From a virus: a stretch of DNA of 36,138 nt. The translations under genes were made by a program, and so were the position numbers. Under the pieces are notes generated by a model. The model made no database searches. It was not told the DNA's origin and saw nothing but the letters and a program-made list of their open reading frames with translations. Shown piece after piece: positions 17,213 through 24,686 of the stretch. Location of the stretch: the IMG/VR virus record IMGVR_UViG_3300029928_000023, positions 1 to 36,138 of that record, one strand, 5' to 3'. Positions within the stretch are counted from its first letter, which is position 1, and every line of letters starts with the position of its first letter.

Positions 17213-18619
17213 CTATACCAGCCATGTTCCCTTCGGCTTATCATTCTCATATACACCAGTCAGAGTATCAGGCGCATCATCGTGCGCATTCTTTCCCTCT
17301 TTCTGATATTTCCTTATTGCTTCCGCAAAATCCGGCCATCTATCTTCCCAGTTCACCGGAAAGACTACATTCTGCATTACTCCTGTACTGTTCGACAGGA
17401 TTCTCGATATCTTATTCTTTGATTGAAAGAACCACTGTATCTTAGTATGGGTATTCCCTAATGCTTTCAATTCTCTTATTACATTCCTGCTGAATCCACG
17501 ACCGCCATTGTTACTTTCTATCAAAGCATTACCAACATTATTCTTGGTAAGCATCTGAGCTGTCGCTGGTTCAGTCACTTCCATAGGTGCCTTTGTATAT
17601 AAGACATCAAGTATGTAGTATGTACTCTCATACATGCCATAACAAATAGAACACAGGTAATCACTACCTGTGTCCGCTGTATCTGTATAATTCAATATAT
17701 ATTTGAACAGGCTATTGCCCTTACTATCCCTTGGAATATCCGTATACGTCTTGATATGGCTGTATAATCTGCCTTTGACATCTATTGGCTCCTGCTGATA
17801 GTTCGCAAGGACTATATCCTTATTCATGTTCTTTGTTTTTATCTTGTAGTCCTTATATGACAGGATAGCTTCACAGAGCATTGTTCCATCGTCTTGTACT
17901 GCCTTGTAATTGATATGTACTACATCGTCATAGTTTGCAAGTACATAACCGGCTAGATCCTTTGTTGACCATCTTGTCATTATTATGATAATCTTGAAAT
18001 CATTCTCGGTTCTGGACAGCATTGTATTGTTGAACCAGTCAATCTGCTTCTGCAATACTGATTCATTGTAGGCTTCCTCACTGTTCTTGATAAGATCATC
18101 TATTATCATAATGTTACAACCAAATCCGGTTGCTGTTCCTGTTGGAGATGTTGCAAGGTAATTAGCCTGTTGGCTGCCCTCAAGACTCCATTTCTGTGCT
18201 GCAGCCTCTCCGTATTTTATTTTTGTACCAGGGAAGATATCTCCATATGTCAGAATACCCTCTGTAGGCTTTTCTGCTATAACATCCCTGACAGCCTTTG
18301 CAAAGGTTCCTGACAGGGTCTCATTATATGAGCCTGTCATAACCTTTTTATCTATACCATATTTACCGAATAGCCACTGGACAAATTTTGTAGCTGTTCG
18401 TGACTTTCCATGTCGTGGCGGCATATTTACAACCATTATCTGTTGTTCTGCATCCTCTACAAACCACTGTAGCTTATCTGCAAGATCATGCAAGAACGCT
18501 CTGTCGTTACTATAGAAATCAGGAGAGGTTAGCTTACAATATTGCCAGAACTCTCTCTTTGATAGTTCTATCTTTAGCTGTTGCTGTAATAAAGGGTCGT
18601 GTCTATCAAACATCATCAA
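17213..18619 (-). CDS. terL: Terminase large subunit
   Basis: Walker A-like NMPPRHGKS, Walker B IMIIDD, and a coupling motif region MTRW. Overlaps TerS by 14 nt. Confidence 0.9.
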   Translation of the reverse strand: MMMFDRHDPLLQQQLKIELSKREFWQYCKLTSPDFYSNDRAFLHDLADKLQWFVEDAEQQIMVVNMPPRHGKSRTATKFVQWLFGKYGIDKKVMTGSYNETLSGTFAKAVRDVIAEKPTEGILTYGDIFPGTKIKYGEAAAQKWSLEGSQQANYLATSPTGTATGFGCNIMIIDDLIKNSEEAYNESVLQKQIDWFNNTMLSRTENDFKIIIIMTRWSTKDLAGYVLANYDDVVHINYKAVQDDGTMLCEAILSYKDYKIKTKNMNKDIVLANYQQEPIDVKGRLYSHIKTYTDIPRDSKGNSLFKYILNYTDTADTGSDYLCSICYGMYESTYYILDVLYTKAPMEVTEPATAQMLTKNNVGNALIESNNGGRGFSRNVIRELKALGNTHTKIQWFFQSKNKISRILSNSTGVMQNVVFPVNWEDRWPDFAEAIRKYQKEGKNAHDDAPDTLTGVYENDKPKGTWLV

Positions 18620-19187
18620 TAAGTTTCTTCAATTCTTCGGTCGTAAGCCCCTCAAATGCATTTGGTGTGGTATTCTTCACTTCTACTTTTTCCGTGAACA
18701 TACCTAAATGCTTACCAAGAAGCTCCAATGCCTGTATCTTGCTATACGGCTTTATTTCAAAGCCGTCTCGACCCTTTTTAATCACTGCAATAGCTTTCTT
18801 CTGATCCTCTGTCAGATCATCCGTCAGGATAGGCTCAACCGTCCTATATTTCACTGGATTGCCGTCCTCATCAAGTACCGGCACCATATTCCCATCAACC
18901 TCAATCATGGCATCTTTTTCAACAACCTTTGCATAGTCAGATGCCTTTGCAAATGCAATCAGTGCCAGTTCTCGTAGTACACTGTCCTGAGTTATCTCTG
19001 TGCGTTTTTCACGCTTCTTTTGTAGCTCAGCTATATGGTTTTGAACTGAAGTTTTCTGAAGCAGTTGATACGCTAATTGTTCAGCTGTTTTCCTTGAATA
19101 CCCAGCCCTTATAGCCGCCTGTGTGGCATTAAGGTCAATCAGGTATTCATCACAGAATCTCTGCTGTTTAGCTGTCAGTTTAGCCAT
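18606..19187 (-). CDS. terS: Terminase small subunit (Terminase_2 / P27-type)
   Basis: N-terminus KLTAKQQRFCDEYLIDLNATQAAIRAGYSRKTAEQLAYQLL is the family's HTH signature. Confidence 0.85.
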   Translation of the reverse strand: MAKLTAKQQRFCDEYLIDLNATQAAIRAGYSRKTAEQLAYQLLQKTSVQNHIAELQKKREKRTEITQDSVLRELALIAFAKASDYAKVVEKDAMIEVDGNMVPVLDEDGNPVKYRTVEPILTDDLTEDQKKAIAVIKKGRDGFEIKPYSKIQALELLGKHLGMFTEKVEVKNTTPNAFEGLTTEELKKLIDDV

Positions 19188-19298
19188 AATGTCACACCTT
19201 CTTTCTGTTACATTCTCACCTCAAACAAAATAGCCCAGTGGCAAGAGATTATCATTCACATTAAAGGGGTGGGAGAGGGTTTGTATAACCACTGGGCA

Positions 19299-19340
19299 TA
19301 AGAAAAGGGACACAACCTTATGGCAACGGCTATGTCCCTT
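19299..19340 (-). terminator. Terminator-like hairpin between the late activator gene and terS
   Basis: On the minus strand, AAGGGACA (19340-19333) pairs with TGTCCCTT (19312-19305) around a 20-nt loop, followed by TTCTTAT. Confidence 0.55.
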
Positions 19341-19408
19341 ATGAATCAATACTATATAATTTTACCATACCAGTATAGCACGTTTGAATGTGGCATTTTG
19401 TGGCAAAA

Positions 19409-19822
19409 TTATAAATTTTTTCTCTGGAAATCTAACAACGCCCATCCATGCACCCTGCGGATATGGTCGTATGAGTAGCCAAGTTCTTCCGATATCTCTT
19501 TCAGCCCCTTATACTCAATATACTTTTCAAACAGCACATTGATATACTTTGGATCATCAAGCATATGGATCTGTCCAATTACCTTATGCCTTAACTCCGT
19601 GAACCGCTCTATATCCTCATGTATCTCATTTTCAAGATCAACATACTTTGCCACTTTCCCACTCATTGATTCAGAAGCACTTGTCTGTACCTTTTCCTTG
19701 GCATAGTCAAATGCTCCTAAGCCTATTGCATTGTCTTTAAGGCTATCTAATTCTATCTTCTTCTGCTGTATTTTCGTATCAAGCGTTTCTACCTGTTTCA
19801 AGTACTCTTTCGCTATATTCAC
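19409..19822 (-). CDS. Putative late-gene transcriptional activator (RinA/ArpU/DUF1492-like, sigma-70 region-4-type C-terminus)
   Basis: GTG start after GAGGTGA. The C-terminus YINVLFEKYIEYKGLKEISEELGYSYDHIRRVHGWALLDF looks like a region-4 HTH. It occupies the last position before terS. Confidence 0.5.
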   Translation of the reverse strand: MNIAKEYLKQVETLDTKIQQKKIELDSLKDNAIGLGAFDYAKEKVQTSASESMSGKVAKYVDLENEIHEDIERFTELRHKVIGQIHMLDDPKYINVLFEKYIEYKGLKEISEELGYSYDHIRRVHGWALLDFQRKNL

Positions 19823-19961
19823 TACCTAATCACCTCACTTCTGATCTGATCCGTGATGCGCTCCCACTCACGGATGAATCTGAGCACCCATAACGCTGGA
19901 TATTTTGACCTGCCAAGTTTATCTGATATTCGGCTGGCTCGATCCCAGTCTGGATCACTTG

Positions 19962-20384
19962 CTATTTCTGTTGCAACTCTTGGCATATCTCACACCCCCA
20001 ATCTGGACTATCAAAAATGTTGCCCCTGACACAACAATCATCTAACACTTCATAGCTTTCAGCTGATAATCTTCCGGTTACTTGGAATGAAAGTGTTTCA
20101 TCATCCCACACAACTTTTCCCTTACAACTAGCTTCTGCCAGTCCACCTTCTGTGCTGTATGTATCCAAGAAAGCAACAATATCATTCTCCCAAATTAAAT
20201 GGCCGTTCTCATCTGTCATACCTGTACACTGACAGATAGTATCTGGTCTCACTTCAAATGCAAAAGGTGCCCCTGCTTTATTGCTGATATACCATTTATT
20301 TTCCTTACAATGTAAAAATCCGCTTACCCATTCCCCATTGCAGGTTTTTGCCTTGAATAAATACCTATCTTTCATCTGATTCAT
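19962..20384 (-). CDS. YopX-family protein
   Basis: Core pattern YLFKAK...GEWVSGFL...ICQCTGMTDENGHLIWENDIV...GKVVWDD. ATG 20384 has a GAGG RBS 9 nt upstream; the track start at 20393 is a TTG adjacent to that RBS. Confidence 0.6.
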   Translation of the reverse strand: MNQMKDRYLFKAKTCNGEWVSGFLHCKENKWYISNKAGAPFAFEVRPDTICQCTGMTDENGHLIWENDIVAFLDTYSTEGGLAEASCKGKVVWDDETLSFQVTGRLSAESYEVLDDCCVRGNIFDSPDWGCEICQELQQK

Positions 20385-20667
20385 CCAACTCAACCTCTCT
20401 TTCTGCCATAAGCCAGTTCAATGTACATTCCTGACAAAACTTATCATCCTTGTGACATTCAACCTCATCAACCCCTATCTCATTCGGGCACATTACAATC
20501 TGCGCAAGATCCACATCACTGAGCGACCGGATATAATCTCCGTTGGTCAGTGGCTCGTAGTTATCCGTCGCATTCTTGGTACAGTGTACACATGGCTCAT
20601 CTGTTTTATATCTACTCTGGTATTTGCATGTCTCACAGCTCTTATCCTGTACTGGTACTATTTCCAT
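20365..20667 (-). CDS. Small Cys-rich (zinc-finger-like) hypothetical protein
   Basis: CETC...CVHC ... C...C..C pattern. Translationally coupled to both neighbours. Confidence 0.55.
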   Translation of the reverse strand: MEIVPVQDKSCETCKYQSRYKTDEPCVHCTKNATDNYEPLTNGDYIRSLSDVDLAQIVMCPNEIGVDEVECHKDDKFCQECTLNWLMAEREVELDESDER

Positions 20668-20897
20668 CGAATCTCTCCTCTCCTGATCATCTCAACAATA
20701 TCTATTCTGGTGAAGCTCTCCCGGTAGCCGTATTCACTCTTCATCACTATGTGATGATCGTAAACCTCCACAATGGTCCATTTTTTCCATGTCATGATAA
20801 AATTTCGTCCACTGGTAGTTTCTTTTGTATGAATCCGCACGACCTGCCCCGGTCGGCAGATCATGTTGTATGTAATTTCTATCTCAAAATTTGTCAT
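20658..20897 (-). CDS. Hypothetical protein (79 aa)
   Basis: AAAGGAG RBS 7 nt upstream of the ATG. Packed between the antirepressor and the Cys-rich ORF. Confidence 0.55.
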   Translation of the reverse strand: MTNFEIEITYNMICRPGQVVRIHTKETTSGRNFIMTWKKWTIVEVYDHHIVMKSEYGYRESFTRIDIVEMIRRGEIRWK

Positions 20898-20911
20898 GTT
20901 GTTTCTCCTTT

Positions 20912-21706
20912 TTACTCTGTCAGAAATTTATTTACAAAATACTGCTGTCCCTTACCGGTAACCTTTGGTGTTCTGTTGATCCGGATTGAACCATCCGGGT
21001 TATTGATTGTGCTTTCTTTCACCTCAAACAGTTTCATCTCCATACTTCTCTGAGTTGGCATATTCCAATCTGAGCCATTCCGTTTGATAAGATAGCCATT
21101 GTCACGAAGCCACTTAAACAAACGCTTCTGACCGATGTTTACACCATTCTGGCTTATCAGCTTTGCAAGATCTCCGATCAATATGGATGTGTGACTTGCA
21201 GCTACCGCATCAGCGAATATTGCCTTTGGCTTCATAGTCTCTATCTGCTTGTTCCTCTCAAGTATCTTGTTCTGGGCTACCTGTAAGGCTCTGGCCATGA
21301 GCTCATCATCTGACATTGTTTCCTGTCCGGCTATGTACCAGCCGTTCTTGCGGATGGATGGAAGCACCTCACTTGTCACCCAGCGTTTGAATCTATGCAG
21401 TTTTTCTATTCTTTCATCTACAAGGGAGTCATTTTGTGACACACCCTTTGCTTTCTGCGGCTGCATTTGAAAAAGCAAAGAGTACAAGCCACTTTCATTG
21501 ATAACTATCATGTTTTGTTTTCCGCCCGGGGTCTCAATTTGTGATATTCTCTTGTCATCATCATCCACACTGGAAAGACTTCTCCTGTAATTTGTGTCTC
21601 CAAATGACTCACAAACATCCTTTCCGACAAGCCAAGGCTCACCATTCTCTATCAATGTTCTAATTTCCCCAAACTCTTTGTTCTGAAATATCTTTAATTC
21701 GTTCAT
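20912..21706 (-). CDS. Antirepressor (Bro-N domain + KilAC/ANT C-terminal domain)
   Basis: N-terminus IFQNKEFGEIRTLIENGEPWLVGKDVCESFG. C-terminus AASHTSILIGDLAKLISQNGVNIGQKRLFKWLRDNGYLI...TPKVTGKGQQYF. The start is set at ATG 21706 after AAGGAGA. Confidence 0.8.
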   Translation of the reverse strand: MNELKIFQNKEFGEIRTLIENGEPWLVGKDVCESFGDTNYRRSLSSVDDDDKRISQIETPGGKQNMIVINESGLYSLLFQMQPQKAKGVSQNDSLVDERIEKLHRFKRWVTSEVLPSIRKNGWYIAGQETMSDDELMARALQVAQNKILERNKQIETMKPKAIFADAVAASHTSILIGDLAKLISQNGVNIGQKRLFKWLRDNGYLIKRNGSDWNMPTQRSMEMKLFEVKESTINNPDGSIRINRTPKVTGKGQQYFVNKFLTE

Positions 21707-21778
21707 GTAATCAATCTCCTTTTCTTCTTGTTTTTTGAATCGGAGCACCATATAATTAGCTTACAAGGTACTCCTTGC

Positions 21779-21831
21779 AATAAGACAATTTCCTTGCTGG
21801 CTAGGCGAATTGGGATTGTCTTATTTTTTTG
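21779..21831 (+). terminator. Plus-strand-oriented terminator-like hairpin just upstream of the antirepressor start
   Basis: AATAAGACAAT (21779-21789) pairs perfectly with ATTGTCTTATT (21815-21825), followed by TTTTTT. No U-run follows it in the minus-strand reading. Confidence 0.4.
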
Positions 21832-21977
21832 TCTCTTTCATCTGATGTAAAATCAATCAATAGTTCAACAAAGTCCTTGCTCAGACTTTTGTTGCCTCTT
21901 AAATTGACTACTGCCTCCTGAAAAGATTCATCTGATAATTCGATCATCAACTTGATGATTTCCATAAGTTCAAGCAT
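21801..21977 (-). CDS. Small hypothetical protein (58 aa), first gene of the antirepressor operon; not in the ORF track
   Basis: My translation is MLELMEIIKLMIELSDESFQEAVVNLRGNKSLSKDFVELLIDFTSDERDKKIRQSQFA. AAGGAGG lies 7 nt upstream of the ATG. Confidence 0.55.
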   Translation of the reverse strand: MLELMEIIKLMIELSDESFQEAVVNLRGNKSLSKDFVELLIDFTSDERDKKIRQSQFA

Positions 21978-21997
21978 ATGTATACCTCCTTAATTTT

Positions 21998-22057
21998 ACG
22001 ACATAATATGTCGTTTTATACATCTGTATACTACGCTATAATATGTCGTAATGTCAA
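21998..22057. promoter_or_regulatory. Divergent overlapping promoters with two 17-bp operators (second immunity switch)
   Basis: O1 ACGACATAATATGTCGT (21998-22014) is a perfect palindrome. O2 ACGCTATAATATGTCGT (22033-22049) matches it 15/17. The plus-strand -10 is TATAAT at 22037-22042. The minus-strand promoter is TTGACA (22057-22052), N18, TAGTAT (22033-22028). Confidence 0.6.
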
Positions 22058-22079
22058 TAGCTTTTTGGAGGTAATTTTT

Positions 22080-22355
22080 ATGTTTAATGATAGACTTCGG
22101 GCAACTCGCATTTCTAGGAAAATAACTCAGCAACAAATTGCTGATGCTATAGGCATTGCTTTGCGTTCATATCAGCGGTACGAAAGTGGGGACATCGAAC
22201 CTCCGTATATATCTTTAATTTCTCTTGCAAATTTTCTTAATGTTCCAGTTGACTTTCTTTTAGAGCGTGACGATTATCTTCGTTCTCTCGGAGTATCCGT
22301 TGATGTATCCCTAAAGTGTCCTCCAAGACGTCCCAATTCTCAAAAACACCATTAG
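22080..22355 (+). CDS. XRE-family HTH regulator (Mnt/C2-analogue of the second switch)
   Basis: ITQQQIADAIGIALRSYQRYESGDIEPPYISLISLANFLNVPVDFLL. The start is set at ATG 22080 after GGAGGTAA; the track's 5' extension has no RBS. Confidence 0.8.
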   Translation: MFNDRLRATRISRKITQQQIADAIGIALRSYQRYESGDIEPPYISLISLANFLNVPVDFLLERDDYLRSLGVSVDVSLKCPPRRPNSQKHH

Positions 22356-22467
22356 AATGTCCCGCTTCAATCCTCTGGTACTGTCTTAAACTTATATTCA
22401 GTAGGTCTGCCATATTCTGTTGTGTCATTCCTTTTGCCTTTCTGGCATTTTTCAAATTATTTCTCAT
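22237..22467 (-). CDS. XRE-family HTH regulator, convergent with and overlapping the plus-strand XRE gene
   Basis: MTQQNMADLLNISLRQYQRIEAGHSNG. ATG 22467 is preceded by GGAGGTG with 6-nt spacing. Confidence 0.75.
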   Translation of the reverse strand: MRNNLKNARKAKGMTQQNMADLLNISLRQYQRIEAGHSNGVFENWDVLEDTLGIHQRILRENEDNRHALKESQLEH

Positions 22468-22485
22468 AATAACCACCTCCGTTTA

Positions 22486-23754
22486 TCATGGCTGCACCTC
22501 CGGGTAATCATAAATATTCATCTGTACCGCTGGTTCATCTTCCCATGCGACACCTATGTAATCTAACACTCTTCCCCAACCGAACTTCTCACCAGTCTTC
22601 GGATCAGTGCAGCACCGGTACATATAAAATTCCCATTCCTTTGGATTCCGTTCTCTGAGCCTGTCAAACCTGTGCGGTCGTTCTTCCATGTGGATTCCAA
22701 AACCACACATACTGCATCCGGTTCTCTGCGCTCCTGTTGTCCTAAGTTCTCCGTTATCATTCACAATCTGACCATATATAGCCGGTATGATCGTATCAAC
22801 CGGTTCATAAGGTATTACATTTCCATCCTTGTCCTTACTGTACGGCTGCTCATAATAAAGTTTTGCGAACACATCTGTGTGTGCGTGATACCAGGCATCC
22901 ATCTCCTGCGCAAGTCTTAATATGTCATTTCTTAGATATGGGGCAAATGGGGCTGATCGCATAACCGTTTTGCCATAATAGTTACATCCATGATCTGTAA
23001 GAGCTTCTTCTCTCTGCCCACCTTCAGATGCCATCATTCCAAGGAACGGATAACTTGAATGTGCTCTTGCCCAGTCGTCACATGGCTTTTCTTTCAAATA
23101 ATAGCAACAATCATTTGATACCTTGAAATTCGGTTTGTAATACATAACCCCTTCATTCTCGTTCTCATATCCACCAAACAGATTAAGCCACTTCTGTGGA
23201 AGTTTCATACGACTGTTCTTCTGGAAGTGTCCAAGCTCTCCGCATTCCCCTGTGATGATCGCATGTCTGACGGTCTTGTTATTCTCTGTAGGGTTCTGAA
23301 GCAGGGCAATCTTGCCAGCTATTCTCTTACTAATAACTGGGAACCCAACTTCATTGAGTACTTCCACTTTTGTCTTAAGTGGTTTCAGAATCGTTACTCC
23401 AAGTGCTTTGTGTACCCTCTGTATGCTTTTATCTTCCAAAGAAGATACTGAGATCGCTGGAATACTGATTCCAACTGACTTCAAAAATACATTTAATGTA
23501 ATACTATCAAGTCCACCCACACTCACATGAGCATTTTTATCTCGCTTGTCCATCTGCTCTATGAACTCATAGGCTCTTAACTTTGATCGTACAACTTTGA
23601 CCTCATACGGTTGTCTCTGTAACGCAATCATGCGATCTCTCGCTTCTTTCTTTCGCTGCTTATACTCAGCAATCCCCTCATCTGGCTTATCAATGTCCAG
23701 CTCTCCATCCTCGCCAAATACACGAAGGATCAAATCGTCTTTTTCTTCATTCAT
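22486..23754 (-). CDS. PAPS-reductase / PP-loop ATP-pyrophosphatase family protein (phage CysH/DndC-like)
   Basis: PP-loop-like VSVGGLDS, conserved Cys pairs (NDCCYYL, CSMCGFG), 422 aa. The resemblance to the phage PAPS reductase family is from memory. Confidence 0.6.
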   Translation of the reverse strand: MNEEKDDLILRVFGEDGELDIDKPDEGIAEYKQRKKEARDRMIALQRQPYEVKVVRSKLRAYEFIEQMDKRDKNAHVSVGGLDSITLNVFLKSVGISIPAISVSSLEDKSIQRVHKALGVTILKPLKTKVEVLNEVGFPVISKRIAGKIALLQNPTENNKTVRHAIITGECGELGHFQKNSRMKLPQKWLNLFGGYENENEGVMYYKPNFKVSNDCCYYLKEKPCDDWARAHSSYPFLGMMASEGGQREEALTDHGCNYYGKTVMRSAPFAPYLRNDILRLAQEMDAWYHAHTDVFAKLYYEQPYSKDKDGNVIPYEPVDTIIPAIYGQIVNDNGELRTTGAQRTGCSMCGFGIHMEERPHRFDRLRERNPKEWEFYMYRCCTDPKTGEKFGWGRVLDYIGVAWEDEPAVQMNIYDYPEVQP

Positions 23755-23820
23755 TTTTTTAAAGGAACCCGATATATCGTTACCCCGGCCGGAGGTTCGG
23801 TTCCTTTCTTTGATTTATTT

Positions 23821-23979
23821 TTATCTGCTCCGGAGTTCTTTCAACTCCTCAAGCATATCTGCGATCTCTGTATGATACTGTCTGTTCAGTTCAATAGCTG
23901 TATCATCTGCATCTTTTTCCAACCCCGCATGTTTTGCTTCCCATCTCTCATGCTTTATAGCTTCGTCAATCTCCATCAT
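23821..23979 (-). CDS. Small helical hypothetical protein (52 aa); not in the ORF track
   Basis: My translation is MMEIDEAIKHERWEAKHAGLEKDADDTAIELNRQYHTEIADMLEELKELRSR. GAGGAGG lies 6 nt upstream. Overlaps the upstream ORF by 14 nt. Confidence 0.5.
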   Translation of the reverse strand: MMEIDEAIKHERWEAKHAGLEKDADDTAIELNRQYHTEIADMLEELKELRSR

Positions 23980-24124
23980 CCACTACCTCCTCAAAATCAC
24001 AGGATCCGCATAAGGGGCATATAGCCCGGTACTCATATGACGGCTGTCCATGATATTCACCCATGCACTCTCTTTCCATGTCCGGCTCTTCGAACTCTGC
24101 CTGACAGTCAATGCATTTATACAT
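23966..24124 (-). CDS. Small zinc-ribbon protein (52 aa); not in the ORF track
   Basis: My translation is MYKCIDCQAEFEEPDMERECMGEYHGQPSYEYRAICPLCGSCDFEEVVDDGD. The ATG overlaps the stop of the hexapeptide-repeat gene (ATGTATAA). Confidence 0.55.
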   Translation of the reverse strand: MYKCIDCQAEFEEPDMERECMGEYHGQPSYEYRAICPLCGSCDFEEVVDDGD

Positions 24125-24686
24125 TCTCACCACTGTCCTCTTTCTTAAAATGATATTCCATCAAGTCCGCAATTTTCAGATATTCATCTGCAACCTTACC
24201 ATCTCTGGTTCGCTTAACCTGTTCCCGGAATTCGTCAATCGTTCCATAGAAGCGGCCACATGTAACCCTTACCTCACCATCATGGCATCTAAAAAATGTT
24301 GTTGTTCTATATACGGTTCCAAAGCCCTTGATCACCGCATAATCAGCATTCCCACATACATAAGCATTACCGGATACCCATGCATTACCGGATACCCATG
24401 CATCACCGGATACCCCAGCATCACCGGATACCCAAGCATTACCGGATACATAAGCATTCCCACATACATAAGCATTCCCACATACATAAGCATTCCCGGA
24501 TACCCCAGCATCACCGGATACCCAAGCATTACCACTCTGGCTTAAATTGTCCTCCTTTTCAATCCAGCCGCCTAAGTCTCCTGCTTTTACACCATGTTCC
24601 TCAATATCAACAAGAGCCTTAATTCTAAAAAGTTTTCTACCTAAAAAGTTAAAACAAAATTCACTTGTTAATTCAAATTTTTTCAT
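24117..24686 (-). CDS. Hexapeptide-repeat (predicted beta-helix) phage protein of unknown function
   Basis: Eleven consecutive G-[ND]-A-x-V-[SC] hexads (GNAWVS GDAGVS GNAYVC ...), flanked by an N-terminal FRIKALVDIEEHGVKAGDLGGWIEKEDNL and a C-terminal CGRFYGTIDEFREQV domain. Confidence 0.75.
   Translation of the reverse strand: MKKFELTSEFCFNFLGRKLFRIKALVDIEEHGVKAGDLGGWIEKEDNLSQSGNAWVSGDAGVSGNAYVCGNAYVCGNAYVSGNAWVSGDAGVSGDAWVSGNAWVSGNAYVCGNADYAVIKGFGTVYRTTTFFRCHDGEVRVTCGRFYGTIDEFREQVKRTRDGKVADEYLKIADLMEYHFKKEDSGENV
24345..24542. repeat. Eleven tandem 18-nt units (agcattaccggataccca and variants) encoding the hexapeptide repeats
   Basis: Units read at 24345, 24363, 24381, 24399, 24417, 24435, 24453, 24471, 24489, 24507 and 24525. 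Several are identical. Confidence 0.9.

Noticed and set aside
19233-19297. A structured region upstream of terS that might be a tRNA or G-quadruplex
   Set aside because: There is no cloverleaf (only one long-range stem) and no anticodon-arm geometry. The G-rich strand has only three G-runs, too few for a quadruplex.
21978-22079. 34-codon 5' extension of the plus-strand XRE ORF; similar upstream extensions occur at 26624-26704 and 21707-21751
   Set aside because: The extensions cover promoter/operator DNA or upstream gene ends and lack RBSs. Internal ATGs with GGAGG-type RBSs coincide with the start of the recognisable domains.
24345-24542. A regularly spaced short-repeat array that might be taken for CRISPR
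   Set aside because: The units are contiguous 18-mers with no unique spacers. They are in frame and translate into a perfect hexapeptide repeat. The additional ORFs in the track (24111-24545, 24332-24535, 24380-24622) are stop-free artefacts of the same repeat.
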